NCBI GenBank assembly: GCA_031412235.1
Contig: JANOCP010000075.1
Location: forward strand, 5,696 to 69,695
Origin: Polaromonas sp.
GTDB taxonomy: Bacteria > Pseudomonadota > Gammaproteobacteria > Burkholderiales > Burkholderiaceae_C
Length of the DNA stretch: 64,000 bases
Direction of reading: 5' to 3'
The notes beneath the pieces are model-generated. The model worked only from the letters and a program-made list of their open reading frames with translations, ran no database searches and was not told the DNA's origin. Within the stretch, counting starts at the first letter, position 1; each line of letters begins with the position of its first letter. Positions 62,179 to 64,000 of the stretch are shown piece after piece. A program made the translations under genes and the position numbers.

Positions 62179-62460
62179 GGAAAGATCCTATTTTTAAGTA
62201 ACGTGGGATCTCAAATGATGCCATAAAAATACTAATCCGTCTTTTTCTCTACCTTGCGGTAACTTATTTGGGGTTTTTGCCATCCGTCATCAAAAACGCG
62301 GTCGATGGTCAGTTTGGAGATTGACGCACATATCGCTTAAATCAGCCCATTTGCTACAAAAATATAGTCAGTTAAAGCTGTCATCATTGGGCTGGTGATC
62401 GTATTGCATTAAATTTTTGACCTGAAAGCAGCAAGGTTCTGCCTCCTATGCGGTCGCAGT

Positions 62461-63408
62461 TCACCTTGACCCTTTATGAGTCGATTTGGGTTTAACTTCC
62501 ATCTGCCTGATCAGGTTGCGCGTGTATTCCGTCATGAAGTCCAGAAACGCGCTGGTGCGTTTGGGAATGAATTTGCGGCTGGGCAGTGCCGCATAAAGCG
62601 TGTTTCGCCCAGTGATCCAGGGTGAAAGAATGCGCTGCAGTTGCCCGCTATGCAAATGCTGGGCGACAAGGTCAATCGACTGGCTGCTGATGCCCGCGCC
62701 GTCAACACAGGCGCGTATCAGTGTGTCGGTGTGGTTGACCAGCATGGCGGGTTCAATCGCCACTTCAACTTCACGCCGGTTTTCATCCGGATTCATCAGG
62801 CGCCATACCCGGTGGCGGTTGGCGGGGAACTTGGCCCTGAGGCAGCGGTGCTGGGCCAGTTCTTCAGGCTGTTGCGGCACGCCGTAGCGGCGCAGGTAGT
62901 CCGGTGATGCGCACAAAACACCGTCGGACGACGCAATCGGCCGGGCAATGATGTTGGCATCGAAAGCGTCAGTCGCACCCATCAGCGTCAAATCGTAGTC
63001 TTCGATAGGCGGTGTCGAAGGTGAGTCGACGTGAATGTCGAGCACGACTTTCGGGTACAGCCTGCCAAACTCCGCCACCAGTGGCCCCAGAATATGCACG
63101 CCAAAAATCGGCGGTGTCAGTATGCGTATCACGCCCGACATTTCTTCGGCATGGGCTTGCGCCGCCGCGTGGGCTTCGTCTATGTCGTTCAATATGTGGC
63201 GCACCCGCGCCAGGTAGGCCTCGCCCGCATCGGTCAGTGCCAGCCGTCGGGTGGTACGTTGCAGCAGGCGCACGCCAAGGTGGTCTTCAAGGTCACCGAC
63301 CAGCCGGGTTACAACGGCAGCCGACATGTCAAATTTGCGCGCTGCCGCCGCAAAACTGCCGTCATCGACCACTTGCTGAAACACGCGCATTGATTGAAGT
63401 CTGTCCAT
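62461..63408 (-). CDS. LysR-family transcriptional regulator
   Basis: N-terminal wHTH (MDRLQSMRVFQQVVDDGSFAAAARKFDMSAAVVTRLVGDLEDHLGVRLLQRTTR) plus a LysR substrate-binding part. Confidence 0.88.
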   Translation of the reverse strand: MDRLQSMRVFQQVVDDGSFAAAARKFDMSAAVVTRLVGDLEDHLGVRLLQRTTRRLALTDAGEAYLARVRHILNDIDEAHAAAQAHAEEMSGVIRILTPPIFGVHILGPLVAEFGRLYPKVVLDIHVDSPSTPPIEDYDLTLMGATDAFDANIIARPIASSDGVLCASPDYLRRYGVPQQPEELAQHRCLRAKFPANRHRVWRLMNPDENRREVEVAIEPAMLVNHTDTLIRACVDGAGISSQSIDLVAQHLHSGQLQRILSPWITGRNTLYAALPSRKFIPKRTSAFLDFMTEYTRNLIRQMEVKPKSTHKGSR

Positions 63409-63435
63409 GGTTTACCCCTAATTTTCCGTCTTATT

Positions 63436-63455
63436 ATTGCTATTTTGACAGCAAT
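63436..63455. promoter_or_regulatory. Interrupted dyad (LysR-box candidate) in the lysR / DUF4148 divergent region
   Basis: ATTGCT-ATTTTGAC-AGCAAT has perfect 6-bp arms and contains a T-N11-A pattern. It lies 28 nt upstream of the lysR start. Confidence 0.4.
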
Positions 63456-63628
63456 GTATTGTTTAAAGTACTGTTTTTCTGCCGATGTCAAAGTAATACA
63501 GTTCATACATCGATGAGTCAAAGCCCAATAAAGGCGACTCACCGAGGCTGGACAGACGGGGTCAACAGCAACAAACAGTTGCCCGCCATGCCCGGAAATG
63601 TCACTCTAACTTTTACAGGATCTTCATC

Positions 63629-63916
63629 ATGAAATCGAAATTTTTCTCTGCTGCCGTTTTGTCTGTTGCTGCCCTGACCTCCATGGGCGCTTCTGCAGAA
63701 ATCTACAACTCTTGGATGTTTGACCAGATGGCCACGCCTGCCGCCAAAACCCGCGCCGAGGTCAAGGCGGAGGTGCTGCAAGCCCAGTCAGGCGCAGTGT
63801 CAGGCTCAGCCTACAACGGCGCGATTGCGCAGCAAAAACTGGGTACACCAGTCGCTGAAAAAGCCGGTACCGCGCCGCAAGCCAGCGCACAAGCGGTCAA
63901 AACCAGCCAGCAATAA
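63629..63916 (+). CDS. Small secreted protein, DUF4148-like
   Basis: Signal peptide (MKSKFFSAAVLSVAALTSMGASA) and ..KTRAEVKAEVLQAQ.. motif, typical of DUF4148 proteins of Burkholderiales. Confidence 0.6.
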   Translation: MKSKFFSAAVLSVAALTSMGASAEIYNSWMFDQMATPAAKTRAEVKAEVLQAQSGAVSGSAYNGAIAQQKLGTPVAEKAGTAPQASAQAVKTSQQ

Positions 63917-64000
63917 GGCTGCAGTAATCAGCCAGAAGTTTTCGGCTGCTGGCTGAATCAAAAGCGCCGCACGCTTCACGGTTTGCGGGGTTTTGCATTT

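Noticed and set aside
62376-62394. Fifth REP-like copy upstream of the HiPIP gene
   Set aside because: It matches only the AGCTG....ATTGGGCTGG core fragment and lacks the rest of the element. I mention it only as a degenerate fragment.

Overview
The window holds two unrelated blocks. The organism looks Betaproteobacteria/Burkholderiales-like from gene content and order, but that is inference only.

**Block 1, nt 1-9650.** This is the 3' part of a very large repeat-rich two-partner-secretion adhesin (TpsA) with its ShlB/FhaC-type transporter. A type IV minor-pilin operon follows (fimT-pilV-pilW-pilX-[beta-helix repeat protein]-pilE). A small secreted beta-helix repeat protein sits where PilY1 is normally found.

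**Block 2, nt ~9700-62200.** This is a nearly complete purple-bacterial photosynthesis gene cluster (PGC):
- bchI-bchD-bchO.
- A complete System I cytochrome c maturation operon, ccmABCDEFGHI, on the minus strand and embedded in the cluster.
- A ~14.7 kb plus-strand superoperon: crtE-crtF-bchC-bchX-bchY-bchZ-pufB-orf74-pufA-pufL-pufM-pufC-crtA-crtD-crtC-(DUF2269-like).
- A stand-alone BLUF photoreceptor gene.
- A ~17 kb almost gapless minus-strand superoperon: bchF-N-B-H-L-M-lhaA-puhA-B-C-acsF-puhE-crtI-crtB-orf52.
- aerR(ppaA)-ppsR, then a second convergent ppsR paralogue.
- bchG-(pucC-like MFS)-bchP-(small membrane ORF).
- A HiPIP gene, a LysR regulator and a DUF4148-like protein at the right edge.

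No rRNA, tRNA, CRISPR array, transposase or integrase was recognised.

**Most interesting observations:**
1. A well-supported 74-aa single-helix ORF sits between pufB and pufA. It looks like a His-less LH1-alpha-like polypeptide.
2. TGT-N12-ACA (PpsR/CrtJ-type) palindromes overlie TTGACA -35 boxes. They are placed so that bchI, bchC, bchF and bchG have no Shine-Dalgarno and would be made from leaderless or near-leaderless mRNAs.
3. The ccm operon lies inside the PGC and shares a PpsR-site region with crtE.
4. A REP-like intergenic element marks the module junctions and brackets the BLUF gene in inverted orientation.
5. crtD and crtC are dual-coded across their junction, and crtC has no nearby canonical start.

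All family assignments come from motif and sequence recognition by eye. No database search was run.
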